This document shows positions 12,230 through 23,565 of a DNA stretch of 60,000 nucleotides, piece by piece. The number at the start of each line of letters is the position of its first letter. The first letter of the stretch is position 1. The position numbers and the translations under genes are program-made. The notes under the pieces were generated by a model that worked only from the letters and a program-made list of their open reading frames with translations, was not told the DNA's origin and made no database searches. The DNA comes from Mobula hypostoma (lineage: Eukaryota): positions 98,830,001 through 98,890,000 of the forward strand of contig NC_086107.1 of NCBI RefSeq assembly GCF_963921235.1, in the 5' to 3' direction.

Positions 12230-13000
12230 AAAAAATGGTCGCGTTTGTGAGAGGCCATTTATTTCAGCCCTGGGACATCACTGCAGGAATTCCTCAGGGC
12301 TATCACCTACCCAACTACCTGTAGCTGCTCCAGAAACAATCCTCTTTCATATGGCCAACGAGGATGGTCGATGATACTTGTGCAAAGTTGAATTCCATTG
12401 CAACTCCTCGACAAACGATGGACAACCTCGTGTGGGGCAAACGTTAAGGGTCACAAACCAGCCCATACCTGCTAGGTAACATGTTGCATTTTCTCCACAA
12501 AAGTGTCAGAAATAGGGAGACTAACATCCAGTGACGTTGCTGGGAAGTTAACTGGCCAGCCAGGTGGATGCCAGGATGATAAGACCAGGTCAAGGGGCAG
12601 ATAATCTGCGGCAAAGTGACTCAACTCTCGACACCAGCCAGCGGCCATCCGTTCAGAACCGCAATATGGTTCTGCAGCCTCCACTTGCCGTTCCAACACT
12701 TGAGAAGCCCGATGTCATCTCCAGCACATTGCAGCTTACAGGGCTGGCACTCCACCAACCGCCCCAAACACTTAGTCCCTCCATCGCTGCACTTCGGACC
12801 AAATACAAAATACAGCGTTCCCTGTCAAATACACTGCAGTTGTGTGTCTAGATACTTTGACAGCATGGGGTTAGCCTACAGGGAACTTTGGTCAGCATAG
12901 ACCTGCTGGGCCAAAGGGCCTTTCTTTCTGCACCGTATGACTGCACCGGCCAAACCCGTGATTTCTACCACCAGGAATCCGAGCAGCGGGTACACAGGAA
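12230..13000 (+). mobile_element. Ancient, highly decayed LINE (CR1/L2-like) RT fragment
   Basis: 'DITAGIPQG' at about 12273-12298 resembles the RT 'GVPQGS' motif; boundaries approximate. Confidence 0.4.
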
Positions 13001-13109
13001 GCCCACCAGCTGAAAGTTGCATAGATCATCACGGACTGACGAACCTGCAGTGTGTCGTACTGTTCGATGTTACAGTCTACGATATGGTGATGTGCTGAAT
13101 TTTTAACCT

Positions 13110-13945
13110 CCAAGATCAACCCACCCACATCGCCCGCCATTCTTCCTCCATCCACGCGCCTATCTAAGAGTCTCTTAAATGTCTCTAATATATTTGCCTC
13201 TACCACCAAATGCAGTGCATTCCACTCACCCACCATTCCCTGATATCACCCCTATACTTCTCTCCAATCACCTTCAAATGGTGTTCTCTTGTCTTAACCA
13301 TTTCCACCCTGGGTAAAAGTCACTGGCTGTCTACTCCATTGATATCTCTAATCCTCCTATTCGACTGTCATCCTCCTTTGTTCCAAAGTGAAAAGTCCCA
13401 GCTCACTCAAACTTTCCTCATAAAACATATCCTCTAATCCCGGTGAATCTTCAATGCACCCTTTAAGCTTCCACATTCTTCCTATAATGAGGCAGCCAGA
13501 ACTGACCACAATACTCTTAAGTGTGGTCTAACCGGAGATTTATAGAGTTGCAACATTACCTCTTGAACTCCATCCATGACTGATGAAGGCCAATACATCG
13601 TACAACTTCTTAGCCACCCTACCAACATGAGTGGTCACTTTGAAGGATCAATGCATGTGGACCCCAAGATCCCTCTGTTCCTCCACACTGCACAAAATCC
13701 TGCCAATAACCCTGTACCCTGCCTTCAAATTCAACTTTCCAAAGTGAATCACTTCATACCTTTTCTTGATTGAACTCCATCTGCCACCTCTCAGCCCGGC
13801 TCTGCACCCTGTCAGTGCCCCTACGACAACCTTCCACACTGTCCAAAACACCACCAGCCTTTGTGTCAGCTGCAAACTTGCTGACCCACCCTTCTACTCC
13901 CTCATCCCTTTATAAAAATCACAACGAGCAGGGCTCCCAAAACAG
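13110..13945 (-). mobile_element. CR1 LINE fragment
   Basis: ORF 13648-13875 'EVIHFGKLN...EEQRDLGVHMH' plus 'ADTK' RT motif. Confidence 0.8.
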
Positions 13946-14123
13946 ATCTTACAGGATACAAAAATGATGAAGGATATAAGGACGGTGAATGCATAAGGGT
14001 TTTTGCCCCTCAGTTGGGTGAGATTAGAACTCGAGGTCATAGGTTGAAGGTGAAAGGGGAAATTTCTTCACTCAGAGGGTGAAATAAGCTGCCAGTGGAA
14101 ATGGTAGATGTGGGTTCGATTGT

Positions 14124-14666
14124 CGTCGTTGTGGCTATCCCTTGAGGTCAAAGATGATGGTCTTCATTCTATTGATCTACTTATGGGCTCTCAAGTGGCT
14201 TATGAGTCCAATCTTGGCTTTGAAAGTTCTTCCGCATTCAGGACAGGTAGTTCCAGATGGCAGATCGGGCTTTGATTGTTGCTGCCTCTCTTTCCATTTT
14301 CTTCTCTTTTCTTCTAACTCTGCACATCTGTTGGCTTCGAAAGTTGCTGTTCCTTCTCGGATGATGGCTTGCCAGAGCTTCCTGTCCTTGGCATTGGTCT
14401 CCCAATTGTTGATGTCGATGTTGCATTTCTTCATGTTGGCTTTTAAGATGTCTTTGAATCTCTTCTGTTGTCCGCCTCTTTTACATTTGCCTTCTTTAAG
14501 CTGGGAGTAGAAGACTTGTTTTGGCAGACTTCGTCTTTCATCCAAACAACATGACCGCTCCATCCTAGTTGGTTCTTGATGACGTAGGCTTCAATGCTTG
14601 TTGTTTTTACTTCATTTAGCACACTGACGTTGGTTCTTCTATCTTCCCAGCTGATATTTAAGATGA
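14124..14666 (-). mobile_element. RTE-clade LINE, 5'-truncated 3' end
   Basis: ORF 14177-14563 'LPKQVFYSQLKEGKCKRGGQQKRFKD...DRKLW...CPECGRTFKAKIGLISHLRAH' (RTE C-terminus with C2H2 finger); short ACG/ACA tail; TSD-like TTCRATTGT at 14115-14123 and 14667-14675; inserted within a CR1 remnant. Confidence 0.85.
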
Positions 14667-15477
14667 TTCAATTGTAAGAGAAGTTTGAGTAGATGTGTGG
14701 ATGGGAGGGGTTTGGATCGATAGGGTTTGGATCAGTATGGTCTGGGGGCAGCTAGGATGGAACTAGGCAGAAGATCAAGTCGGCATGGACTAGATAGTCT
14801 GAAGAGCCTGTTTCTGTTCTGTAGTGCTCTAAGAGTCTGACTGTATAACTCTAAGCATTGCCCATCCCAATGATGAATAAATAAACTGAAAGCAAGCCAG
14901 TCTTGGATGGGCCAGAGTCCCTCGCAAAAAGTGAATGAAAGTAGTGGCATGACGTCAATCCCACCCCACAGCATTCCCCTGTCTTGTTGTTCACCTGCCG
15001 TGATGTTGGTCAATGATATTTCTGCCCAGATGGGATGCCAATAAAATTCTTATAATCCAGCATGTCCGGGACTTGGGGATTTCCCCAACAGTTGGATAAT
15101 CCTTCTATAAATACCAGTGACCCAGGTAAATTGAAGGGGGTCTCAGGATTTCCTGTTTGTTGTGCTGGAACAGCCCACAAGTGTCACCATGCTCCCAGCA
15201 TCAGCCCAGCATGACCACAACTTACTGACGTCTTTGAAACGTGGGAGGAAACTGGAGCACCTGGAGGAAAGCCACACGGTCACGGAGAGAACGTACAAAC
15301 TCCTTACACAGAGTGGCAGGAATTGAATATGCAAGATTACTCAGATTTTTTGAAGTATTAAATTCACAACTGAATTCAATGGAATGAAAGAGGAGGCAGC
15401 CCAGTGGGCCAAAGACTGGGTCAGTAAGACTAATAAAACAGTGGGAGATGTTTGTCAAGAATGTCAATTAGTTAGAG

Positions 15478-15543
15478 CAGGAGCCCATGAACCCAACACT
15501 TAGTGATAGAGGTCCATGGCGTAAAAAGGGTTGGGAACCCCTG
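15478..15543. mobile_element. Tiny hAT (Charlie-like) MITE, partly deleted
   Basis: CAGG...GGTTGGGAACCCCTG ends; 8-bp TSD AGTTAGAG/GGTTAGAG; related to 50894-50973. Confidence 0.55.
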
Positions 15544-16799
15544 GGTTAGAGGGTCACAGAGCTTTGCAGGCCCTTCAGCCCACTGTCCATTCTAACCATC
15601 AGATACACATTTATACTAATCTCCCTTACCAGCACACGTGGTCCACGGTGATTTCGCGTTTCAAGTGCTTGCCCAGATGTTTCTTAAGGGTTCCGAGATG
15701 CTCAACCTCCAACCACTCAGGCAGTGTGTTCCAGATTCCACTGACCCTCTGGGTAGAAATATTCTTCCTCCAACCCTTCTAAACCTCTGTCCCCTTACCC
15801 TAAGCTTCTGTCCTCTGGTTTTAGACGTCTCTACCAAGGGGAATTCTTTTCTACAGCCCCTCATAATCTTGTACACCTCCACCAGCACCCCCACCCCCTC
15901 AGTCACCTTTATGCTTGCCAGCTTCAGAACCTCAGTCTACGTTTGTCAGGTTCAGAAAAATATTAAAGCTGCCCTTCCTCCAGTTCAGACCCCCAGACCT
16001 TGTCCCTTTCTGTAACCACTTTGAAATTCAGGGTGAGGACCTTCTCCATAAGCTGTCTGGCCGTTCTCCCTGGGGTTCATCCATAGCAGAACTATCTAAA
16101 TCTTTCAGGTGAAGCCTGGGTGCTTCCCCTCAGGGTAAGAGAACGGGAACCCAGGCCGGGTTTCCCTGTTCGACAAGGGAAACGAGCACAAGTAAGAGGT
16201 TACACCACGTCCAACAATTCCGGTTGCGTAGGATAAGCCGAGGCAAAGTGTCGTTGACGGATGGAGGATGGTAGTTAATAATGAGCTTAGAAGTCTCCCC
16301 TGGGTCAGTGAACAGTAAGCGTTAACAAGAGCTGGAGTGGGGCCCATCAGGGACCAAATAAATACACAGAAGTGCAGATGCAGAGTTCAGGGAGGAACGC
16401 TTCACAATTGGGATATAGATTGTGTATGGACAGAAGAGATTCCGTTCAATTTTGCATCGTGTTCGGCGCAGACATCCTGGATGGTGTTGCCCTATGTTCC
16501 ACTGGGATTGGGCTTTGCCAAGGAAGGGGTCACTCTGTGGATGGAGAGACTGTGGGATAACAGATGGGAAGAAGATTGACAAAACTGTGCCCTTAAGCTA
16601 AACGAGGTCCTTTCTCTGGAGGAGACCCTGCCCGGGCTGTCGTGGGGAGAAGATGGTGAACATTGGCTAAAATCTTCCAACCCGCCCTCGGAGAGAGCTG
16701 CCAGAAGACCGGCAGGTGGCCTGTTTGAAAAGGCGTGTGGACACACAACAGGTAACGACAAGCCGGTTAGATTTGATACAACTTTGGGGAAGTTTGAGG

Positions 16800-17240
16800 T
16801 CATCAAGGAGAAGCAGTGCGGACCCATTCATTGGGCAGTGCCGGTGGAGACGGAGGTCGGCTGAGTGGGCAGCCCGATGCAGCATGGAGAACGGTGAAGC
16901 ATTAGACACCGGCAGAAGGGATGAAACGCTCACGTGGTGGGATCGCAGCGCCAGGCTGCACCTACCCGTGAAAGGAAGAACAGCTACTAACGGAACTGGG
17001 ATACGCAGGGGCACGGAGAATAAAAACAAGCCATCCTATATCAAACACGGGTCCAGCCGCGGCTGCAGTACCGCGTCCGTTTCCGGGCACTTGACCAGAC
17101 GAGAGCTCGCCGGCGTCCCGGATCGGACGCAGGGTAGGTTGGCGGAAGCGTTTCCTGGGATCAGGGGAATCAGTTTTACAGCTGGACCAGAGAAACTGCG
17201 ACTGTTCGTGTGGGAGTAGGGAGGTGACTGAATGGAATTT
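16800..17240 (+). mobile_element. Highly diverged, GC-enriched CR1 ORF2 C-terminal fragment
   Basis: ORF 16716-17219 'RGTENKNK...DRTQGRLAEAFPGIRGISFTAGPEKLRLFVWE' aligns by eye to CR1 'RGIEYKSK...ERVQRRFTRMIPGLRGLSYEERLEKLGLFSLE'. Confidence 0.6.
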
Positions 17241-18505
17241 AGCCCCATCAGGACTGGTAACGGAGGGTAAATCAAGAGCTGACACGACAAGGTTCAATAT
17301 TGCTTCATTGGTCTTTATTTTAAATAATAATATTAAAACACAATAAAAGTAAATACACAAGATAGCTCATGTACATAGATTGATTGTATGTCCATAAAGT
17401 GACGCGAGGTACAGGAGTGTTTGTATATAGGATGGCTGACCGGAAATGATAAAGCAGTGGTGGTTGGGGTTGTGGAGGGGTGAGTTTGTGACTGGAGGTG
17501 TTGATCGGCTTTACTGCTTGGGGAAAGTAACTGTTTTTTTGTGCCTCAAAGACGAGGAAATCTGCAGATGCTGGAATTTCAAGCAACACACACAAAAAGT
17601 GCTGCCTGGCCTGCTGCGTTCACCAGCATATTTTGTGTGTGTTGCTTGTTTTTTTTTTATGTCTGATGGTCCTGGTGTGGATGCAAGGTAGCCTCCTCCC
17701 TGATGGGAGCGGGACAAACTCCCGTCCCCAGGGAATAAGGCAGTGGTTAGCACAACGCTCTACAGTCCCAGCGACCCGGGTTCAATAGTTTGTACCTTCT
17801 GCCTGTGGCCGCATGAGTTTCCTCCCGCAGTTCATTGGAAATTATCCTGTGATTAGGCTACGATGAAATCTGGCGCGGCTCAAAGATCCGGAAGGGCTGT
17901 ATCTCCGTAAACAGCCCATGAGCAGGGTGGGTGGGATCCTTCACGAGTTTACTGGCCCTTTTCCGACACCTTTCTGTATACCTGTCCGTGATGGCGGGGA
18001 GGTCGGCGCCGGTGATGCGTTGGGCAGTTTTGACTACCCGTTGTAGAACCTTCCTCTACGGTTGCGGTTTCCGTACCAAGCAGTGATGCAGCTTGTTCGG
18101 GTGATCGGGGCTGGGCAGGACGCGGGCGCGGATGTGCTTAGTCCGGCTCTTTTCACCCTCCTCGGAAAGTCGAGGCGTTGGAGAACTTTTACCTGATTGC
18201 GTATAAGAACATTAAAAACAAGAGGATAAGAGGAAAAGCAGATAGAGCAGAGAGTAGCTGCCGGTAGGGGAGGTGGAGACAGTCAGGATTAGGGCGACAA
18301 AGGGTAAATGAAGGGACCCAGTCCTGACACAGGGCTTCAAGCTGAAACGTCGACCTTTTCTGCTCCGCCCGCTGAGTTCCTCCAGCAGATTATTGCGGGG
18401 AAATAGTCGGAGCGATATCTGGAAGGGGACAGGATAGACATGGGCCAAAAAAGTCTCATTCTGAGCAGTAACGATTTTAACATTCCACTATAACCACAAT
18501 TTGTA

Positions 18506-19787
18506 AACACAAAATACTCTGCAGATGCTGGGATCAAAGCAACACTCACAACACGCTGGAGGAACTCAGCAGGTCGGGCAGCATCCGTGGAAACGATCAG
18601 TCGACGTTTCGGGCCGGAACCCTTCGTCACGACTGAAGAGGGAAGGGGCAGAGGCCCTATAAAGAAGGTGGGAAGGAGAAGGCTGGTAGGTTCCAGATGA
18701 AAAACCAGTAAGGGGAAAGATAAAGGGGTGGGGGAGGGGAAGCAGGGAGGTGATGGGCAGGAAAGGTGAAGAAGGAATAGGGGAAAACACAACGGGCAGT
18801 GGAAGGAGGCGGAAACATGAGGGAGGTGATAGGCAGCTGGGGGAGGGGGCAGAGTGACATTGGGATAGAGGAAGGGAGGGGAAGGGAATCACCGAAAGTT
18901 GACCCCACCACTAAGCACATCTTTCCCTCTCCACCCCTCTCCGCCTTCTGCAGGGATCGGTCCCTCCGCGACTCCCTTATCTACACATCCTTCCCCACGG
19001 ATCTCCCACCTGGCACTTATCTCTGTAAGCGCAAGTGCTACACCTGTCCCTACACCTCCTCTCTTGCCACCATTCAGGGCCCCAAACAGTCCTTCCAGGT
19101 GAGGCAACACTTCACTTGTGAGTCAGTTGGGGTCATCTATTGCATCCGGTGCTCCCGGTGCGGCCTCCTCTACATCGGTGAAACCCGACGCAGATTGGGG
19201 GACCGCTTCGTCGAGCACCTCCACTCCGTCTGCCACAACAGACAGGATCTCCCAGTAGCCACCCACTTCAACTCTGCTTCCCATTCCCATTCAGATATGT
19301 CCATACATGGCCTCCTCTACTGCCATGATGAGGCTAAACTCAGGCTGGAGGAGCAACACCTCATATACCGTCTAGGTAGTCTCCAGCCCCTTGGTATGAA
19401 CATAGAATTCTCCAACTTCCAGTAATTCCCTCCCCCTCCCTTCCCCTAACCATATTTCACTCTGCCCGTCCCCCCAGCTGCCTATCACCTCCCTCATGGT
19501 TCTGCCTCCTTCTACTACCCACTGTGCTTTCCCCATTCCTTCTTCACCTTTCCTGCCCATCACCTCCCTGCCTCCATTTCCCCACCCCTTTATCTTTCCC
19601 CTTACTGGTTTTTCACCTGGAACCTACCAGCCTTCTCCTTCCCACCGTCCCCCCACCTTCTTTATAGGGCCTCTGCCCCTTCCCTCTTCAGTCCTGACGA
19701 AGGGTTCCGGCCCAACACGTCGACTCATCGTTTCCACAGATGCTGCCCGGCCTGCTGAGTTCCTCCAGTGTGTTGTGAGTGTTGCTT
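18506..19787 (+). mobile_element. Penelope-like element insertion: inverted 3' tail + GIY-YIG endonuclease fragment + 3' tail
   Basis: 18901-19425 encodes 'CKRKCYTCP...VIYCIRCSRCGLLYIGETRRRLGDRFVEH...VATHFN...EEQHLIYRLGSLQPLGMN'; 18506-18900 is the reverse complement of the tail 19414-19787; TSD TAACCACAATWTGTA at 18491-18505 and 19788-19802. Confidence 0.9.
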
Positions 19788-19804
19788 TAACCACAATATG
19801 TATA

Positions 19805-20450
19805 ATTTGCAATGTGGCCTCCTGTATATCGGTGAGACCCGACATTGATTGGGAGACCACTTTGCCAAGCACCGTCTGCCAGAAAAAGCTGGCTCTCCCA
19901 GTGGCCACCCAATTTTAATTCCACTTCCCATTCCCATTCCGATACGTCCATCCATAGCCTCCTCCACTGTCGTGATGAGGCCACACTCAGGTTGGAGGAA
20001 CAACTCCTTATATTCCGTCTGGGTAGCCTCCAACCTGATGGCATGAACATTGACTTCTCCAACTTCCAGTAATGCCTCCAAACAACCCTCCCCCCTTCAC
20101 CATTCACCTCTCTCACCTTATCTCCTTGCCTGCCCATCACCTCCCTCTGGTGCTCCTCCCCCCTTTTTCTTCTTCCATGGCCTTCTGTCTCTTTCACCAA
20201 TCAAATTCCCAGCTCTTTACTTCATCCCTCCCCCTCCAGGTTTCACCTTTCACCTTGTGTTTCTCTTCTCTCCCCCCCCCCCCACCTTTTAAATTTACTC
20301 CTCAGCTTTTTTCTCCAGTCCTGCCAAAGGGTCTCGGCCCAAAACATCGACTGTACTTTTTTCCATAGATGCTGCCTGGCCTGCTGAGTTCCTCCAGCAT
20401 CTTGTGTGTGTTGCTCGAATTTCCAGCACCTGCAGGTTTTCTCTTGCTTG
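19805..20450 (+). mobile_element. Penelope-like element 3' fragment (second subfamily)
   Basis: 'LLYIGETR', 'LRLEEQLLIFRLGSLQPDGMNIDFSNF', then the same tail with a degenerate hammerhead motif at 20316-20352. Confidence 0.85.
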
Positions 20451-20478
20451 TGACTTGTATAATCTGCTCCACATCGGT

Positions 20479-20606
20479 AGGTCGGCCTGTGGTGTAGAGG
20501 CAGCTGCACTGGACCTCGAGGCGAGGGGTCCGGAGTTCGAGTTCAGCTGGCTCCTTGCGCGCTGGGCTGAGCGTCGAGCTGGCACTCAGCCTCATTAAAA
20601 AAAAAG
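20479..20606 (+). mobile_element. tRNA-derived SINE fragment
   Basis: A box-like TGGTGTAGAGG, B box-like GTTCGAGTT, then GAGCGTCGAGCT...GCCTC and an A-run; related - strand copy at about 5365-5490. Confidence 0.55.
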
Positions 20607-21409
20607 CAGTTAAATGCTACGGAAACAGCAAAAAATACCGCAAGATGTGAAGAGGACATTGGGGAGCAAGTAACATCCTGCCAAATTCACGCTACCTTTT
20701 CTTCAGGGTATAAGCGATGTGCTGTCCGTCCAGCCAACCTGGTGGAAGACCATCAATTTATGAGCCTGTTCCATTGCCAGCATAACCCCACCCTCCCTCC
20801 CCGCATTCAGGAGGCAGCACCCATTACCAAGAACCTCCACCACCCGGGACAAGCCCTCTTCTCGTTACTACCATCAGGGAGCATCCATAATCAGCAACTC
20901 TGCCATCAGATTTCTTCGTTTGCGCGCGGTTTGTTCGGAGCTCTGCGGCCTGCGGTCAATGTTCAAGAGAGCGCTGTACTGAACACTGCCAGCCTGTTCT
21001 GAGGTCTCTGCGGTTTCCTGTTAAATATCCTCGGTGTTCTTGCCGTTTGCGCGATTCGTTCCCTTTCTGCGCCCGCTGGATGTTTAATGTTTTCTTTGTT
21101 TGGTGGCTGCCTGCGGGAAGACGAATCACAGCGCCGTATACATTGATAATAAATGTACTTTCGGTCTCTGAAATGCACGACCACGACCTCGTTCACTGTG
21201 CTGCTGCCACGATATACTGTAAGACATTTCACCACCTTTGTCTGTGAGAACACTGATTCTGATAAATGTTAGCAACAAACCTAGCTGGATGCTAGTTCCC
21301 AAAGTCTCACCAACAAGCAATTAGTTAAAATTGATTTTTCAGGAAGCAGCCACTGGCGCGAGTGTCCCGTGTCCACTGCTGATTGTCCTCGAGCAGTTGG
21401 ACGTGAATC

Positions 21410-22006
21410 TACACTCACAACACGCTGGAGGAACTCAGCAGGCCGGGCAGCATCCGTGGAAACGATCAGTCGATGTTTCGGGCCGGAACCCTTTGTCAGG
21501 ACTGTAGAGGGAAGGGGCAGAGGCCCTATAAAGAAGGTGGGGGGAGGGTGGGAAGGAGAAGGCTGGTAGGTTCCAGGTGAAAAACCAGTAAGGGGAAAGA
21601 TAAAGGGGTTGGGGAGGGGAAGCAGGGAAGTGGTGGGCAGGAAAGGTGAAGAAGGAATAGGGGAAAACACAATGGGTAGTAGAAGGAGGTGGAACCATGA
21701 GGAAGGTGATAGGCAGATGGAGGAGGGGGCAGAGTGAAATAGGGATAGGGGAAGGGAGGGGGAGGGAATTACCGGAAGTTGGAGAATTCTATATACCAAG
21801 GGGCTGGAGACTACCTAGACAGTATATGAGGTGTTGCTCCTCCAACCTGAGTTTAGCCTCATTATGGCAGTAGAGGAGGCCATGTATGGACCTATCCGAA
21901 TGGGAGTGTGAAGCAGAGTTGAAGTGGGTGGCAACCGGGAGATCCTGTCTGTTGTGGCGGACGGAGCGGCAGTGTTCGACGAAGCGGTCCCCCAATCTGC
22001 GTCGGG
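21410..22006 (-). mobile_element. Penelope-like element 3' fragment
   Basis: ORF 21789-21995 'GDRFVEH...VATHFNSASHSHSD..IHGLLYC..EAKLRLEEQHL'; tail nearly identical to 19425-19787. Confidence 0.88.
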
Positions 22007-22326
22007 ATGTGAAGCTCCCTCTTCCACCACTGCCGTCCTCCCAGTTGAGGTGATGAAATATTCAGTTCGCTCCTTCACAAGCTGAAAGCAAATGGTCCCC
22101 CATTTGCCTGAGTTGAAATGCACTTGTCTCTGTTCTGCCCAGTTATTTAATGAATCCCTCCCCCCCACCCACAGCAACTTGCTCTTTACTGTCACATGGC
22201 ACAGCAGGTAGTGCTGCTGGTGACCCGAGTTCAACTCTGACCCCTGGCGGTGAGAAGTTGAAGGGCACGTAAGAGGGAATGAGTTATAGATAAATAAGGT
22301 CAGAATCAGGTTTATTATCACCGACA

Positions 22327-22856
22327 CACATCAAAGTTGCTGGTGAACGCAGCAGGCCAGGCAGCATCTCTAGGAAGAGGTACAGTCGACGTTTCGGGCC
22401 GAGACCCTTCGTCAGGACTAACTGAAAGAAGAGCTAGTAAGAGATTTGAAAGTGGGAGGGGGAGGGTGAGATCTGAAATGATAGGAGAAGACAGGAGGGG
22501 GAGGGATGGAGACAAGAGCTGGACAGGTGATTGGCAAAAGGGGATATGAGAGAATCATGGGACAAGAGGCCCAGGGAGAAGGAAAAGCGGGGGGGGGGAA
22601 CCCAGAGGATGGGCAAGGGGTATAGTCAGAGGGACAGAGGGAGAAAAAGGAGAGAGAGAAAGAATGTGTGTATATAAATAAATAAGGGATGGGGTACGAG
22701 GGGGAGGTGGGGCATTAGCTGAAGTTTGAGAAGTCAATGTTCATGCCATCAGGTTGGAGGCTACCCAGATGGAATATAAGGTGTTGTTCCTCCAACCTGA
22801 GTGTGGCTTCATCTTTACAGTAGAGGAGGCCGTGGATAGACATATCGGAATTTGTT
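22327..22856 (-). mobile_element. Penelope-like element 3' fragment with 16-bp TSD
   Basis: GIY-YIG C-terminal coding end plus tail; perfect direct repeat TTTATTATCACCGACA at 22311-22326 and 22857-22872. Confidence 0.85.
22384..22419 (-). ncRNA. Minimal type I hammerhead ribozyme motif in a Penelope tail (intact core)
   Basis: - strand AGTC CTGACGA A GGGT-CTCG-GCCC GAAA C GTC GACT: stem I AGTC/GACT, CUGANGA and GAAA cores, stem II hairpin, palindromic ACGT in place of stem III, GUC cleavage triplet. Confidence 0.75.
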
Positions 22857-23185
22857 TTTATTATCACCGACATGTGTTGCGAAATTTGTTGTTTGGTGGC
22901 AGCACACCAAAGGTCAAAGGTTCATTTTATTACAAAATGCGTATGCAGAATACAACTCTGGGATTTGCCTTCTCCAGATAGCCATGAGATACAGGAAAAC
23001 TATAGAAAGTAGTTGAAAGAAACGAGATCACACCCCCTCACATGAAAAGAAAAATAAATAAAAACTCATACAGTGCAATACATAAAATCACTATCAATTA
23101 CAGTCAGAAATAAAATAAACAAATAACGCAAAAGAGGAATAGTGAGGTCGTATTCATGGACTGTTTGGAAATCTGGTGGTGGAGC

Positions 23186-23565
23186 AGAAAATCCTAAAGG
23201 GATTGGACAGGCTAGATGCAGGAAGATTGTTCCCGATGTTGGGGAAGTGCAGAACGAGGGGCCACAGTTTGAGGATAGAGGGGAAGCCTTTTAGGACCGA
23301 GATTAGGAAAAACTTCTTCACACAGAGAGTGGTGAATCTGTGGAATTCTCTGCCACAGGAAACAGTTGAGGCCAGTTCATTGGCTGTGTTTAAGAGGGAG
23401 TTAGATATGGCCCTTGTGGCTACGGGGGTCAGGGGGTATGGAGGGAAGGCTGGGGCGGGGTTCTGAGTTGGATGATCAGCCATGATCATAATAAATGGCG
23501 GTGCAGGCTCGAAGGGCCGAATGGCCTACTCCTGCACCTATTTTCTATGTTTCTATGTTTCTATG
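23186..23565 (+). mobile_element. CR1 LINE 3' end
   Basis: 'KILKGLDRLDAGRLFPMLG..RTRGHSL...FFTQRVVNLWNSLP'; (TTTCTATG)n tail. Confidence 0.9.

Noticed and set aside
18799..19425. Domesticated stand-alone GIY-YIG nuclease gene
   Set aside because: The start codon lies in the inverted tail arm, and the segment is a 5'-truncated Penelope copy with a TSD and several sibling fragments.
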